Both the position numbers and the translations under genes were made by a program. From positions 8,990,001 to 9,054,000 of the forward strand of contig CM035352.1 of the NCBI GenBank assembly GCA_020137815.1: a stretch of 64,000 nucleotides of DNA, given 5' to 3'. The stretch is from Hormiphora californensis. Its lineage: Eukaryota; Animalia; Ctenophora. Position 1 is the first letter of the stretch. Every line of letters starts with the position of its first letter. A model generated the notes under the pieces. It had not been told where the DNA came from. It saw only the letters and a list, made by a program, of their open reading frames with translations, and ran no database searches. Below, piece after piece: positions 60,754-64,000 of this stretch.

Positions 60754-61750
60754 TCCCCCCCTCTTTCTCTCTATCGTCGTCTTCATATCGGGCTGGTGAA
60801 TATAATAGAAGCTGGTACAGGGAACTCTTTAGAGTACTGCAGCTGAAGAACATACCGAATCAGGTTATAAAGATCCGTAGAACTGGAGCAGTGTAGAGTT
60901 ATTAAAGCTGGGATACGAATTGGTAGAAAAGCTTTTGCATTCATCGGGGCCGCAGCAGTAGATGGCAAAACACCACAAAACACGACAGGAACACGCAATA
61001 CAACACCCAACAACATGCACGTGCAGTATTAACACTCTTGCCCACCATCATGGCAACTCCCCAAACCCCCCACCAAACACCCCTAACAACACGTCAATTT
61101 TCCACGTGCAAGCCCTAAAACCCCCTCCCCCAAATTTTGTCTTGCAACCATCTCTGCTTTATAATATAGACTAGAGAGCCCAGGCAAAAGAACAAAAAAC
61201 TCTCACACCCTATTGACTCCTCTCAATCCCCTACTTTGCTCCCTACGGCGCCGCTTCGCGGCACCTCCGGTCGCGAGATCATAATCCACGCCCCCTTCCC
61301 CCTGTTGACTCCCCTCAGTCCTCACCCCAGACCCCTCTTATCCCTATTGACTCCCCTCGGCCCCTATTGATCATATCGTACCCTATTCACTCCATCTCAC
61401 CCTCTATTCACTCCCCTATAACGCCATAATGAACACTCCCCTCACCCCTCTCTCAATTTGTGATTTGAAGCAGTTCAGAACCCCACATTTTCCCTCATTT
61501 TTCACCATTTTCGCGATAACTCGGTCGTTTCTGAACCAATTTCGAAAATCTTGGGCTCATTAGAAAGATAATCTCAAGCTCTTTCAAATCAGCTATTATC
61601 CCCCAAATTTATAAAACCTTTACACACGCACGTGCACGACCCAAACCCCACCAAACACCCCTAACAACACGTCAATTTTCCACGTGCAAACCCCCTCTCC
61701 CCTCCTCCCCCAAATTTTGTCTTGCAAGGTTCTCTGCTTTATAATATAGA
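58293..61750 (-). mobile_element. Head-to-tail concatemer of non-autonomous Helitron-like units (A-B-A-B-A)
   Basis: On the minus strand each unit starts TCTATATTATAAAGCAGAG and ends GGGCTCTCTAG. Internal junctions CTAG|TC lie near 58886, 59720, 60300 and 61171. The outer flanks are A|TC and CTAG|T with no TSD. Confidence 0.8.
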
Positions 61751-61916
61751 TTTGTCTGTCAGTCAAATACTTGAGTGTGCACACACATATATTTGACTGA
61801 CAGAAACGTGTTGCCCCTCATTATTTCTTCGACTCCTCTCATCCCCCCCCCCCCCCCCCTCGTGTCTGAACTAAACCCTCCTCCCACTACTTTATATTTT
61901 AGCCCCCTCTGTAGCC

Positions 61917-62831
61917 ATGGTTGCCGCACCCCCCAGTAACGACCTCAGACGGAAGGACAGGATCGTCAGGTAAGGGCGGGATTGGGAGCCGGGATGGTTA
62001 ACTGTATGGATTAGGGATTGGGCAATTGGGATTTATTGTTTAGCTCGTAGACCCTTTGTTACATTACATAGCATAGACTAGTATAGTATTAGTTGCTCAC
62101 ATCAATCCAGCCCTCAGGCGAACAGTACCTTTGAAATGGACCCCTTGTATCACTGATCCCTCTATTCCCACACAGGTACAAACCGTATGTGCCGAAGGAG
62201 GGAGAGGACCCAATGTCAGAGTACATGAACCTACTGGCCATGCTGTTTAGTATGTGCGGCCTTATGATGCGCTTCAAGTGGGCAGCATGGGCAGCTGTAA
62301 GTGATAATATTAATATCACATTGTTAATCATCCCCCCAACTAACTATCAAATCATTCTGGTTATTTGGGACAGACTGGACAGAGATCACCATATAATATC
62401 GATGTGACGTGTTGTGATCAATCTTAGTAGTATGGGTTCATGTGGGAATGTATTATTGTGGGGAAGCCATTATATTAACCATGTCTCCCCTGTCACATAT
62501 TGTTACACTGTGTTAGTTAGTTTAATAGTTTTGCCCTAGTGTTCCTTTTGAACTTACAACGTACAACTTGCACGTCTCCAATCTTTTAGTTAGGGAAACT
62601 AACATTTCATGGGATGAGAGAGGGTCAAGCAATAGGTGTCAATATAATGCCTGGGAAATTAACTAAACCCCCCCCCCCTGACAGGTGTACTGTGCGTTTA
62701 TTGGGTTTTCAAATTCACGAAGCTCAGAGGATACTAAGCAGATATTCAGTAGTTTCATGCTCTCCATCTCTAGTGTCGTAATGAGTTATCTACAGTCCCC
62801 AACACCCATGGCAATCAGCTATTTCTCCTGA
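61917..62831 (+). CDS. WDR83OS: PAT complex subunit Asterix (PAT10)
   Basis: Three exons: [10 protein letters not shown]|[33 protein letters not shown]|[42 protein letters not shown]. Confidence 0.93.
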
Positions 62832-63102
62832 ACACTTAACGGGCACTAGGGGACCTCCCTGCTCGTCTCGGGTGTATCAGACCTGGACAATGTGACAAAA
62901 TGTGACAATGTGTCGTCCACGCTCGGAACCTCCCCCCAATATGTTTCTCTCTTTTTGTGTGACTATTAATAATGCGAATATGTATCAGTTAAAATTATTC
63001 TGTTTTTGAGACCTTTACTTTCCTGACACTATTTCACTGCTATTTTAGAGGCTGTTTAATGATCAACTATAATCAGTCCCCCCTCTCTAGCAAGACTGAA
63101 AC

Positions 63103-63938
63103 ATGGCTACAATGGAAGACAGACTACTTGGGGAGAAACTCCACTATTACTGCAGCAGTAGTGAAGATGAGGGGGATGACAAAGAAGAGGAAAAAGAGAC
63201 GCAACAAGAGGATGAAGAGGGTGGATTCAACACAGAAAAGTCGAAGGAGGCCCAAGCAGAAAAGATAGCCGGGCAAGAGTGGAAGGGGGTGAGTAAACGG
63301 AGCGCGCGGTGTCTAACTCACATGACATTTCTTGTTGTCAGCACTTCGTGCGCGCGCACTGTACTTCGCTGAGCTTCCACAACGTCTTTACCCTCACACT
63401 TCCAAATGTGGATGGCATCAGCCCGGAAGCAGTGATGGCTACCAGAAAGCGAACACGTTGTTTTTTCAGGGTAACAGACGACATAACACTGGTGTAAAGG
63501 GAGTGAAAGAAGATGCGAGGGCCTATCAACGGTGGATCTTAGAAAAAGAACAGAAACGGATAGATGATCTGGCGAAAGCTGCTTCTCGATTCTCTCTCCA
63601 GGGTAACTCTCATAATGTCCTCCCCAGTCCCCCGATTATATAGCCCCATTATCTTCCCCTCGAGCTTCCCCTCGCCACACACCTAAATCCTAACCCCCCC
63701 CCCCCCCCCACTTAGAGCCTGATAAAGGGGAGGTTAGTGACCTAGAAGACGATGATGACGAATTCATGGCCGCCTATAGACAGAAGAGGATGCAAGAAAT
63801 GAAGGAGATAGTGTCACCAGTATTTGGAGTTGTTACTGAACTAACGGAGAACACATTCTGTGAGACTATAGATGCAGCTGCCCCTTACACTGATGTTGTA
63901 GTGTACATACATGAGAACCATATTGCTGCCTGCAGGAG
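63103..63938 (+). CDS. PDCL: Phosducin-like protein 1 (3' end beyond the window)
   Basis: MATMEDRLLGEKLHYYCSSSEDE, exon 2 NTGVKGVKED, exon 3 EFMAAYRQKRMQEM..VVVYIHE..AC. Confidence 0.9.
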
Positions 63939-64000
63939 GTATGTGGGGACCATTGTACAGGATGGTAGGGAGGTGGCCCCATCTTGGGGTGGTAGGGAGG

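Noticed and set aside
63290-63470. GC-rich structured PDCL intron 1 as a possible H/ACA snoRNA
   Set aside because: Some hairpin potential and an ACA near the end, but no convincing H box or two-hairpin fold by eye. A covariance-model search is needed.

Overview
Eukaryotic (animal) genomic DNA, most likely a ctenophore such as Pleurobrachia. This is an inference from short GT-AG introns, the GTTACCATGGTAAC and CCAATCAG..GTCACGTGAC intronic motifs, and the GPCR style. Bases 1-19 kb are a repeat and transposon graveyard: an 84-bp array, several foldback/MITE elements, and Harbinger-like and other DDE transposase remnants. Bases 19-64 kb are gene-dense. Minus strand, by increasing coordinate: an Rdx-like CxxC protein, SLC35F6 (with an apparently intact CRE-like non-LTR retrotransposon in intron 5), a COMM-domain-only protein, KDM8/JMJD5, SDHAF2 and SRBD1 (with a nested GPCR pseudogene). 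Plus strand: a secreted single-kringle protein, PCID2, a coiled-coil protein, a Helitron concatemer, WDR83OS/Asterix and PDCL. The main unexplained pattern is that many exon boundaries (donors, acceptors, start and stop regions) are echoed in the adjacent intron as duplicates or tandem arrays, up to about 100 copies of a 46-bp exon-end plus donor unit in SRBD1. Divergence among these intronic copies is mostly synonymous relative to the host reading frame. Nearly every ATG also has an AG acceptor just upstream, consistent with SL trans-splicing and operon-like clusters. All gene models were built by eye and are unverified by RNA data.
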